The notes under the pieces are model-generated. The model was not told the DNA's origin, did no database searches, and saw only the letters and a program-made list of their open reading frames with translations. DNA of 61,746 nt, the filler included, from Globobulimina sp. (taxonomy: Eukaryota), in NCBI GenBank assembly GCA_003354225.1. It is 19 parts of 19 records of this genome, joined end to end, with 100 filler letters (N's around TTAATTAATTAA, not from the genome) between each part and the next. Parts side by side here need not be neighbours in the genome. Positions count along the whole stretch, not along the records: positions 22,806 to 25,961 come from PIVH01003564.1; positions 26,062 to 29,217 come from PIVH01003565.1; positions 29,318 to 32,472 come from PIVH01003566.1; positions 32,573 to 35,727 come from PIVH01003567.1; 15 more parts are not named here. One strand, written 5' to 3'. A program made the translations under genes and the position numbers. Shown piece after piece: positions 24,882 to 34,145 of the stretch (the stretch's first letter is position 1; the number at the start of each line of letters is the position of its first letter).

Positions 24882-25961
24882 TTAATGTGATTCTTGACTT
24901 AATGAATCATGCGGTGCCCTTTCATTTTGATCCTGTTCAATTTCTCCCTCTTCTTGTGGTTCGCCCATATGTTCCTCATCCATATCCTCACCATAATGAT
25001 GTCCTTTTTTGTGTATCTCTGTCACCTCACCACCAAAGCCTGCATTTAATTTACTCATCATTTGTTTCTCCAATCTCCCTTCTAATTTCTTCTCCATTCT
25101 GGCCTCAACATGTTTACGTGCGTCAGCTTCCGCTTTCTGCATTATATCACCTTCGGATATACCAAATTGTGCGCCTTCCCCTTCTCCTTCGCCTTCATTA
25201 TCTGAAATTGCTGCTTTTTCATCACTATCATCATAATAATCACCATATAAATATCCATTGGCTGCTGCTGCTGCTTGTTGTTGCCAATAAAAATTATTTA
25301 AATTTTGTAAATAATTTGCCCATTGTTGATTATATAATTCTTGTTGTTGTTGATTATAAAATGCTTGTTGTTGTTGCATTTGTTGCATATATTCTTGATA
25401 TATATCATCTAAATCATATTCACCATCATATGCATAATCATCATCATAGTCATAGTCATAGTCATCATAATCATCATAGTCATAGTTATATTCCTCATCC
25501 TCATCGCCATATTCATATTCATCATCATATTCATACTCCTCATCGTCATCATAATACTCCTCATCCTCATCCTCATCATCATAATAATAATCAGCAAAAT
25601 CACTATACTCAGCAGCAGCATCATCGTAATCATCTTCATTAACTCCGACAGAAACAGTCATTAAATGTTTATTTGATGCATCAATATGTGTGCATGCTTT
25701 TGCATCGCTATACCAATAACATTTTTTTGTACCTTTTGCGGTTTATTATTAAAATATATATAATATCAACATAAATATAAATATAAATTTGATACCTAAT
25801 TTTCTAACTAATCTACGACGATTATGGCCAATTTCTGTCAATGCTTTATCTTCTAAATCCACATATTTTGCCTTTGCTGCCTTTTCAGCGTTTTTCGCAG
25901 TATTATCATCACCGTAATACCAGAGGAGATCATCATATTTGGGATCAATATTAATATTATT
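24882..25961 (-). CDS. Very acidic Asp/Glu/Tyr-rich low-complexity protein, 5' partial; intron 25733-25795
   Basis: D/E/Y repeats followed by a Q-rich block; upstream exon (..IGHNRRRLVRKLG) joins in frame through a 63-nt GT-AG intron. Confidence 0.7.
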
Positions 25962-26740
25962 NNNNNNNNNNNNNNNNNNNNNNNNNNNNNNNNNNNNNNN
26001 NNNNNTTAATTAATTAANNNNNNNNNNNNNNNNNNNNNNNNNNNNNNNNNNNNNNNNNNNNATCTAAAGAGTTTTTTTACTTGAAACTTTATAATACTGC
26101 AGATTTTACAAGAATATTTCCCTGAAATGTTTTCTAAAACGAGACGAGTAAACAAATCAACCAATCAATCAACCAACCAACCAAAATAACGAAAAATAGG
26201 AAATTATAGGCAATGGATTGGAACTATCACAATATAGGCAATGGATATCATGAATATCCATTGGCATTAAACTGCTATGATTTTATATATATCATGAATA
26301 TCCAGTGTACACACGATTTTATCTCAATCGTGCCACTGTATTGTGATGATACTGCTATGATCTTATATTGTTATAATTAAATTTTGTGTTATTTTTAGTA
26401 TATTAACTCAATGTGTTGTGAAATGTTTGGTCATTTAGAAGAGTTCAATCCTCTGCCATTTCAATAATTTATGGATTATGTAATAGTTTATTATAATATT
26501 AATAAAAAACTTGAGAAAATAACACCAAAAAGCATGGTAGCAAATATATTTTTATATTAAACTGGCAGGAAACAGAATATTGACACAATCCAATGTGATC
26601 TGCCTGTGTATAATTTAAAACAACAGTTGTCACTGTCTGATAGTGCTTGGCGGTCCTCTTCTGCTATAACTTGAGCATAACGATACGACATTTTGCACTT
26701 TGCAGTGAAGTGGATTTTTTAGTCTGAAAAAAAGTTTACA

Positions 26741-27745
26741 ATGATGGACACCCAAACAACTGATTCAAGCGTTAAAGACTGGGTTGTGATGCCAGAATCA
26801 CCATGGTTGAAACGTGTGACCTCAAAGCCACACATGATAAATGACGAAGACATCGTTGTTGCTCCAGAATATTGCAATATTTTATATGTATTCAACACCA
26901 ACACTGAGCAATGGACAGAATCAATAGATTTTAAAGAAGCACGCTTCGAAGGACATGCATCATATCTATCATATGATAAACAAACATTATATTTATATGA
27001 AGGCTTCAGTCAACGATTAGTTGTCATCAATTTAAAAACACAAAAAATAACTAAATACAATGACCTAACCCGAACAGCATCAACTCCACAAATTGTCGTT
27101 GAGCACGGTAAAACGGATGAAATCCATATCATTGGTGGGCAATCCTGCAGCTCGCATGTAATAAATAAACGCAACACTGGACCTAATGCATGGAGTACAT
27201 GGTCAGAGGACAAGGTGCATGATTTTGGTCATGCAACGGGTGTTGGAACCAGTTTGATTGAAATAAAATCATTGCAACAATGGATATACTTTGGTGGGGA
27301 TCTGGATAAAATTCATATATTTAACGTTGGAACAAGACTTTGGAGGGAAACAAATGTTAAATTTCCAGAGCGAATCGCAGGCTGTGGATATGTTGCAACT
27401 TTGGATGAAAAATATATATTGACATTTGGAGGGAGAGGCGTTTATTTTGATGATTTTAGAGATTGTATTTATATTTTGGATGTCACACAACTCACATTGT
27501 ATAAAACTACAATAAAATGTCCTTTCGAGATGTACAAAGTTGTTGCGGTGCTAACACCAAAGGGATTTATTCATTTATTTCATAAACGGAAGCAGTGGAG
27601 AATAGACATTAAGAAATTTATAATACCATCAGATGTATTGGTTAATGGATATCTTAAAGATTTGAAGTGTGACTGTGTTCCAATGGATATTTTGAAAATG
27701 ATTGTTGTGTTTTGTGGTGATATTGTCGATGGTGAGCTGCTTTAG
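26741..27745 (+). CDS. Kelch/beta-propeller repeat protein
   Basis: Kelch-like blades IHIIGG, WIYFGG..IHIFNVGTRLW, ILTFGG..DCIYILD, FIHLF. Confidence 0.8.
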   Translation: MMDTQTTDSSVKDWVVMPESPWLKRVTSKPHMINDEDIVVAPEYCNILYVFNTNTEQWTESIDFKEARFEGHASYLSYDKQTLYLYEGFSQRLVVINLKTQKITKYNDLTRTASTPQIVVEHGKTDEIHIIGGQSCSSHVINKRNTGPNAWSTWSEDKVHDFGHATGVGTSLIEIKSLQQWIYFGGDLDKIHIFNVGTRLWRETNVKFPERIAGCGYVATLDEKYILTFGGRGVYFDDFRDCIYILDVTQLTLYKTTIKCPFEMYKVVAVLTPKGFIHLFHKRKQWRIDIKKFIIPSDVLVNGYLKDLKCDCVPMDILKMIVVFCGDIVDGELL

Positions 27746-27843
27746 CATTACATTTTTTTTTTGTGTGGAGTTTTTGCATCAAACAACTCCGTAAGCAAAC
27801 AAACATTTTGAGCTTATAATGAAATGAAAAAATTTATGAGTCT

Positions 27844-29190
27844 TTAGAGTCTAGATTTCTTAAATCGTATTGGGTTAAAGCTATGGATATACTCTATTGG
27901 ATATTGCTGATATTCGGTATCCATTTCATTATTATAATTTAATATTTGCTTTGCGATCAACAAACCGATTAAGGCTGAAAATTTAAAGCCAATTCCACCA
28001 AAAGCAAGACATAAATATATATTTTTAGATTGAAAATGGTTACCAATAATAAATTTATCATCATTTGGTATTGTATACAAACATCGTATATATTTATATT
28101 TATTTGCATCCAAATTTGGAAAATATTTTTTAACGAATAACTGTGAATATTTTAAAAAGTGTTTATTAATTTCAAATGATCGGCTTTTATGAATCAAATC
28201 AGTTAAAATCAATGGTTCTCCACCATCCATTTTAGTGAGCAGTTCAACATCAACTTTAACTCCAAGTGATTGTATAACTGATGGTATTCCATAAAAAAAA
28301 TATTTATTTAATACATAATTTGTTAAATCCGTCTCATTTAACCCATTCGCAGTCGCACTGTTTTTGGATTTTGCATTTTCTGTTTCTATTAAATCTGGAT
28401 ATCGAATAAAAACAGGCATCATATTATCATTATTATTACATTTATTAATATCAAATTGTGCTTCAAATCCATTTTTTGGTTGAAAATAACAACATTGTTC
28501 ATTACTTATTGTATACGGCAAAATTGATAAATCAGATGATGCCAAAATAATATTTGTATATGCTCCGGTTGCTAAGATAACTTTTTCTGAATATTTCAAA
28601 TATTTTATGTTGGCATTATTTTCAATGTATGTGATTATTGAGTTTGATTTATTTATTGTTAATATTTTGCAATTTTCCTTTAATGTCACACCATATTTAT
28701 TTTCAATTACTTTGTGTAAAATATTCGAGATTTTATCTGCAAATAATATGGCGGTGCCATCACTTTGTAAATAACCAGTTTCATTATCAATGTCTATATG
28801 TATTGCATTTGTGTTGTGATATAATTTTTGTTTAACATTTAATATCTTATTGTTTTCATATTCTTTCGATAATAAATTATTATTTTTAGTGCCAAATGAT
28901 AAATAACTGACATTATGCATTAATTTTATATTCAATTTTTTTTCTAAATTTTTAAATAAGTTATAAGATAATTTTGCCATTTTTGCGTTTAATATATTTG
29001 GATCGCCAGTTCTCATAATACGGCTATCGCCATGGGATGAGCAATTTTCATTGTTTATTGTATATTGTTCAAGCCATACAATTTTTATTTCATGTTTCAT
29101 ATTCATTTTTTCTCTAAGTTCACATAGAAAATAAGTTATAAAGGCACCCATTATTCCTCCACCAACCACTGCTATCGAACATGTGTCCAT
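27844..29190 (-). CDS. FAD-dependent oxidoreductase, monomeric sarcosine oxidase/PIPOX family
   Basis: VVGGGIMG (FAD), LEQY..SSHGDSRIMR, CLYT (flavinylated-Cys motif), DKFIIG, GGIGFKFS. Confidence 0.88.
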   Translation of the reverse strand: MDTCSIAVVGGGIMGAFITYFLCELREKMNMKHEIKIVWLEQYTINNENCSSHGDSRIMRTGDPNILNAKMAKLSYNLFKNLEKKLNIKLMHNVSYLSFGTKNNNLLSKEYENNKILNVKQKLYHNTNAIHIDIDNETGYLQSDGTAILFADKISNILHKVIENKYGVTLKENCKILTINKSNSIITYIENNANIKYLKYSEKVILATGAYTNIILASSDLSILPYTISNEQCCYFQPKNGFEAQFDINKCNNNDNMMPVFIRYPDLIETENAKSKNSATANGLNETDLTNYVLNKYFFYGIPSVIQSLGVKVDVELLTKMDGGEPLILTDLIHKSRSFEINKHFLKYSQLFVKKYFPNLDANKYKYIRCLYTIPNDDKFIIGNHFQSKNIYLCLAFGGIGFKFSALIGLLIAKQILNYNNEMDTEYQQYPIEYIHSFNPIRFKKSRL

Positions 29191-29317
29191 TATGTCACTT
29201 TAACTAACTCAAGCTTCNNNNNNNNNNNNNNNNNNNNNNNNNNNNNNNNNNNNNNNNNNNNTTAATTAATTAANNNNNNNNNNNNNNNNNNNNNNNNNNN
29301 NNNNNNNNNNNNNNNNN

Positions 29318-29429
29318 AGCCAATTGGTCAACCAGTCAATGGTCACTCAACACCAATTGGTCCATCTCAAAGGGCGATAGCCAGTCATTTCCTGTTCAGA
29401 GTGACCAGCGACTGGTTGACCAATTGGCT
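29318..29429. repeat. Inverted repeat/hairpin: perfect 20-bp arms extending to about 35 bp with mismatches
   Basis: AGCCAATTGGTCAACCAGTC (29318-29337) is the exact reverse complement of 29410-29429; TGGTCACTC also pairs; CCAATTGG occurs three times. Confidence 0.95.
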
Positions 29430-29524
29430 TGCACGTCTCTGATACCCTCGGGCTATATGTACACTATAATAAAAGTATATAAGACGCCAGTATACATACA
29501 GTATAGAGCTCCCATTGGGTTAAC

Positions 29525-29899
29525 ATGGCCGACTTTGTCGCAGGAGATTTATGGGGTACATTACACAAGACTGGCAATGTGCTTGTAATTGGTCAAGTTG
29601 TATCTGTTTTACCCGAAGAAGATACGAAAATACAGGTCCCAAAAGAAATGCTGAATAATTTGTACAAATATTTAAGGTTTGTCTATTTAAATGGATCGAG
29701 TGATAATATGGTAGTTGGTAAAACTGAGTCTGGATATCAAATTGAAGTACAATGTATGGGATATGATGAACTGGAGAAACGTGACGCATATCAAATTAGA
29801 GCATTTGAAATCGATCGAAGCCATGACAAAACTATCATCGAGCTCAGAAGTAGAGAAGACAGAAGAAATATTCGAAAACTGCTAAAATATTTTATGTAA
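29525..29899 (+). CDS. Hypothetical viral-like protein (124 aa)
   Basis: ATG in ACATGG context, TATATAA at 29476-29482; no recognised domain. Confidence 0.65.
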   Translation: MADFVAGDLWGTLHKTGNVLVIGQVVSVLPEEDTKIQVPKEMLNNLYKYLRFVYLNGSSDNMVVGKTESGYQIEVQCMGYDELEKRDAYQIRAFEIDRSHDKTIIELRSREDRRNIRKLLKYFM

Positions 29900-29909
29900 A
29901 AATTCAATT

Positions 29910-30419
29910 TTAAATTATGATACAACAATTGTTCTGTTGATGACATTTCAAATATTGACGTAAATATTTTTCTAAACCCTTTTCCCAATTACCATGTTCT
30001 ATTGCCCAATAAAACAATTTCCTATCAATATACAAGGATAACATTGTATCCATGAATAGAATCACATTCGAGGACTTGTTTCTTATAACGCTTTCTAAAG
30101 CTAAAAAACCAGTTATAGAAAATATTAAAACGATTCTTTTCCATGTGATTTTCTTTCCCAACAACTGGTCTAATATTTTTTTGTATTCATCCTGAATACT
30201 GATTACCGAAAATTCCATTTTGTTGATTAAATTATCGAGTTGGGTTTTGTATCGCAATTCAAATGTGTATGCTAGTTCGCGCATCATTAAATGTTCTCTT
30301 CCCGGAAGCCAACAATCGAGACGGTATTCCCAATCAATATCAGCTAATTTTAGCCTATAACCGATGTAATCTCGTACCATCAATGCAGACTCATTTGGAG
30401 CTGGACGTGCACACGCCAT
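29910..30419 (-). CDS. Bcl-2 family protein ending in a CaaX box
   Basis: BH3-like MMRELAYTFELRY, BH1-like ITWKRIVLIFSITG, BH2-like WAIEHGNWE; ends NNCCIII*; ATG at 30419 preferred over the upstream GTG. Confidence 0.8.
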   Translation of the reverse strand: MACARPAPNESALMVRDYIGYRLKLADIDWEYRLDCWLPGREHLMMRELAYTFELRYKTQLDNLINKMEFSVISIQDEYKKILDQLLGKKITWKRIVLIFSITGFLALESVIRNKSSNVILFMDTMLSLYIDRKLFYWAIEHGNWEKGLEKYLRQYLKCHQQNNCCIII

Positions 30420-30464
30420 CCCGTGCTGTGCATATAGTAACTGTTTTAGTATCACCGCTCTGAC

Positions 30465-30473
30465 TATATATAA
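30465..30473. promoter_or_regulatory. Symmetric TATA box between divergent ORFs
   Basis: TATATATAA lies about 45 nt from both the Bcl-2 ATG (30419, -) and ATG 30516 (+). Confidence 0.55.
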
Positions 30474-30515
30474 GCAAACTGACTCATCATTGCTTCATAG
30501 TGTGTTGTTTTCAAG

Positions 30516-31058
30516 ATGGAGTCGGTTGAAGTAATGAAAGCTCTTAATCCCCCTAAAAAGAAGAAAAAAACCGATAAATACTTACCAGAAATAGATTGCA
30601 AATATTGCAGCATGATATGTATGCTTATTGTAATTATTGTGATTCAATTTGTTATACACCCCACACAAAATGCAACCGACAATGATGGTCAATGCTATGA
30701 CAAACGTGAGATTTTGCTTGATTCTAATGGCACATATAAAATCACGATGTGTAAAAAATACTTGGAAAGTCGTCGATATCATTCTATGAACATAAAGTTA
30801 CATGACAAAATTTATTCCTTTAATCAGATAGAAAGCCAAACTTTACGATATTTTTTGCTATGGTGTCCTCAACAATATAAAACCATTTGCACTAGCTACA
30901 ATACTAAGGTAGCTAACTGTTACAAAGCGATGAAATATAAAGAAATTATTACTTGTTTTGGTGATAAGATGGAAATACTTTACGCTAAGGTAGGAAACGT
31001 GACTATAAGTGATAAAATAGTTAGGAAAATAGAAGAAATTGTTATTTATTGGTTTTAA
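30516..31058 (+). CDS. Putative type II membrane glycoprotein (180 aa)
   Basis: Basic N-terminus, TM segment MICMLIVIIVIQFVI, Cys-rich ectodomain with NAT, NGT and NVT sequons. Confidence 0.6.
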   Translation: MESVEVMKALNPPKKKKKTDKYLPEIDCKYCSMICMLIVIIVIQFVIHPTQNATDNDGQCYDKREILLDSNGTYKITMCKKYLESRRYHSMNIKLHDKIYSFNQIESQTLRYFLLWCPQQYKTICTSYNTKVANCYKAMKYKEIITCFGDKMEILYAKVGNVTISDKIVRKIEEIVIYWF

Positions 31059-31101
31059 CTAATTACTGTATTATTTTGTATATAAAAGCAAAATATTTCG
31101 A

Positions 31102-31560
31102 ATGAGCAGTCATTGTACAACAATGACAACGAAGGGAAAGGACCTTAAATTTAGCTGCTATGGCTTTCGAGTGGCTAAACTATCCGAAAACGCTAAATTA
31201 CCTGATAAATCAACCAATGGGTCTACTGGATTCAACTTATATTCAGCTTACGACTACGTTGTACCTGCATATGCTAATGTAATGTGTAACACGGATTTAA
31301 AATTTGCTTTACCGGTGACAACCAGAGGACATATATTCCCAATAGCCGAAATGATGGCCCAAAGCTCCATATCAGCATTTTCCACATACATAGACCAAGA
31401 CGACTCTTCAAACATCTCGGTTCTTTTGGTCAGCTCTAGCACAAGACCGTATATAGTTAAAAAAGGAGACATAATTGCCAAAATGGCATTGCTGGTTGTA
31501 AGCCCACTTGACAAGGCAATCGTAGAATGTGAAACATTGTGGGAAAATCAAGAAAAATAA
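31102..31560 (+). CDS. dUTPase-like protein, probably catalytically inactive
   Basis: KLSENAKLPDKSTNGSTGFNLYSAYDYVVP..TDL and YIVKKGDIIAK align to trimeric dUTPase; motifs I-IV degenerate, motif V absent; TATATAAAA at 31079-31087. Confidence 0.8.
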   Translation: MSSHCTTMTTKGKDLKFSCYGFRVAKLSENAKLPDKSTNGSTGFNLYSAYDYVVPAYANVMCNTDLKFALPVTTRGHIFPIAEMMAQSSISAFSTYIDQDDSSNISVLLVSSSTRPYIVKKGDIIAKMALLVVSPLDKAIVECETLWENQEK

Positions 31561-32432
31561 TACTTATATTTATTATCTGAATAAGCTGTATCTAAATTAT
31601 CTAAATGATCCATGTGGCTTGTTTCTGAATCAAAATGAATAAAATTTTCTGCGCATTGAAAATCCAAATCACTGAAACAAGTAAAATCGTATACAGTATT
31701 CATTATTTCTTCGACCTTGCACCAAACGGTGTACGATGGTATAAATGCTGCCAGTAATTCGCCTGATTCAAAAAGAGAATAAATATTCGAGTTTAGTATA
31801 AATCCTTTCGGAATATCGCGACTTTGTTTAGCTAAATCATAGAAAAACTTTTTCTCATTATCAAGGAGACGTAAATCCCAACAGTAGTCATTGACATTTT
31901 TGTAATATTTCAATGCCATCAATGCAGGCATAATTTCATGGTCAAGCAATCCTAAATGACGAACGATCATGGATTTTAAAAACCAAAGTACGAAATGTTG
32001 AGCTTTTTTATATATTTTCCCACTGCTCATATTAGTAATCGAATTTGGTAGTTCGTTATGGGCAGTGACGAAATCGACTGTTTGAAAATCTTTACATAAT
32101 AAAGGCTTCTTGAATAAAGCCCAATTAATAGATTGTCTGATAAAACAATCATAAAAATAGTTTAGAGTACAAACAAGAGTTTCTCTTTTATGACCGTCGC
32201 TGTCATAATCAAAATCTCTCTTGGCAAGAAGCTCGAAATCTTTTTCCACTATTGCTATATCTTCAGCTTGAAACGCAGTCGTACCGTAGCATATACTTTT
32301 CATATGAGAATTTATATCATAACCAAACGCTATACCAAATGAATTTTGAAATCGAAAACTAATTAATTTAGCAATTTTGGTTATAGCTAAATCATACTGA
32401 TATTGGGATAACGACAGGAAATGAGAGGTCAT
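31548..32432 (-). CDS. Hypothetical viral-like protein (294 aa)
   Basis: Long intronless ORF overlapping the convergent dUTPase-like stop by 13 nt; no recognised domain. Confidence 0.6.
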   Translation of the reverse strand: MTSHFLSLSQYQYDLAITKIAKLISFRFQNSFGIAFGYDINSHMKSICYGTTAFQAEDIAIVEKDFELLAKRDFDYDSDGHKRETLVCTLNYFYDCFIRQSINWALFKKPLLCKDFQTVDFVTAHNELPNSITNMSSGKIYKKAQHFVLWFLKSMIVRHLGLLDHEIMPALMALKYYKNVNDYCWDLRLLDNEKKFFYDLAKQSRDIPKGFILNSNIYSLFESGELLAAFIPSYTVWCKVEEIMNTVYDFTCFSDLDFQCAENFIHFDSETSHMDHLDNLDTAYSDNKYKYYFS

Positions 32433-32572
32433 CGTTCACGCAAACTCATAATATGACTATGACTGACAATTANNNNNNNNNNNNNNNNNNNNNNNNNNNN
32501 NNNNNNNNNNNNNNNNTTAATTAATTAANNNNNNNNNNNNNNNNNNNNNNNNNNNNNNNNNNNNNNNNNNNN

Positions 32573-33671
32573 TGATATTTCGTGTTATTTATTCATACCA
32601 AATATTTATTTTAAATGTTGGTTATCGATATTGCGTCGTTTAGCACAATCGTTGGATTACAGAACCCAATCAATGGTCGCTAGTCTAATATTTGCTGTCT
32701 TAAGTTACCCATTTACATATTTTCTAGTGCATGTGTTGTGTGTTGGATTTATGGCAATTCCGTTGGTAATCTGTAGCTATACATTTATGAACTTGTGTGC
32801 AACAGTATTTATATTAATGCATTCAGGACATCTGAAACATTTGAATTTGTACGTTTGTCTGTAATATTTGATAAACAGAGCATTATTCAATATATGAAAC
32901 TAGCACTACCTGGGATTGTTATGAATTCATTTGAATGGTGGATGTATGAAATTGTATTGCTATTAGCTGGATATATTAAAGACGAGCCGCAGATTGCTGT
33001 TGCTGTGCTGATAATTAGTAATTCAATCCATATGGTGAGCTGTCTCATTGGTGGTAGTATTGGCACTGCACTCAATATTCGTGTTGGTATATTTATAGGG
33101 GAGAAGAATAAAAATGGTGCAAAGCAGAGTATAAAAGCAGGCAGAATTGTTGTCGTTGGAACTGCTGTTGTTGTGTTCATTATATTTATGGTTTGCCATT
33201 ATGTATTTAATAATGGTCAAACAGTTTTTTGTTATTTTATTGCAATCAACCAATGGTATTTTCCGTGCAATTGGTGAGCCAAAGTTTGCAGCAAAAGTAA
33301 TGTTTACTTGTTATTATGTGATATCGTTACCATTTATGTTAATCTTTTTATTTTTGTTCAGATATGATTCAAATTTATTTTTAGGAACAATAATTATTTT
33401 TGCAATGCTAACATTGGCCAATATTATGGCTTCGCTATTCATGCAATTATATTTTATATTTATTGTGGATTGGAAAGCGATATTAATTAAAGCCCAAAAA
33501 AGATTACATGCTAAAATAGCACCAACCGTATCAGATGAAATTGAAAGTTCGCAACATTTGCATAACAAATTATTACCAAAACAAAATTTATCAATAAACA
33601 ATGGTTATGGTTCGATAAACAATGATTTCAAGCTTAAGATACAACATTTATATAAAACACAATCTGCATAA
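32573..33671 (+). pseudogene. MATE efflux transporter, 5' partial and frameshifted
   Basis: MATE motifs LALPGIVMNSFEWWMYEIVLLLAG, NIRVGIFIG and GIFRAIG..YYVISLP lie in successive overlapping ORFs with frame changes near 32845 and 33220; I could not place GT-AG introns there. Confidence 0.65.
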
Positions 33672-34145
33672 TTTATAGCATGTATACTCATTTATTAATA
33701 TTATTTATCTGGATATTATTATTATTTGCATACTGTATACGTAGTTTAAATATCAATCAATTTTTATATTTAATTTCTTTATTTGTTAAGAGTGTTTCCT
33801 TTTTGTGTTAGTTTCTTTTTTTTATTAGTTAAGAGGTGTATGATAATTGATTTATAGGAATTACATACATCTATATTTGATTTGTATTTGGAAACTTAAT
33901 TTTGTTTAACTTGCATTAAAATAATCTGCATTTTATCAAAAAAATATCACAAAAACACAGTTTAACGATATCCTATCATTAGAAAACATGATAACACAAA
34001 GTAATTTCCGTCTTCTAGAGCCACTTAGGATATACAAATGCCAGGTAAATACGGTACATTTTGATGATCTTTTGATGTGATAATATAGCCATGATCATGC
34101 AAATGAGTTGAATTCTAGTTTTTCGAGTTTTTCGTTTGCAGTGTA

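Larger units (their letters stand above)
29318..32472. mobile_element. Probable fragment of an animal-infecting dsDNA virus or virus-like element (family unassigned)
   Basis: Five tightly packed intronless ORFs, TATA boxes upstream of starts, Bcl-2 and dUTPase-like genes, palindrome at contig start; no hallmark capsid or polymerase gene seen. Confidence 0.65.

Noticed and set aside
24875-25642. His-rich 255-aa ORF on + and Met-rich ORF 25409-25639
   Set aside because: Antisense or alternate-frame shadows of the GAT/GAA/TAT-rich acidic gene
31600-32120. LxCxD / FxCxE motifs in the 294-aa viral-like ORF as Rb-binding sites
   Set aside because: Neither matches LxCxE exactly and such short patterns arise by chance
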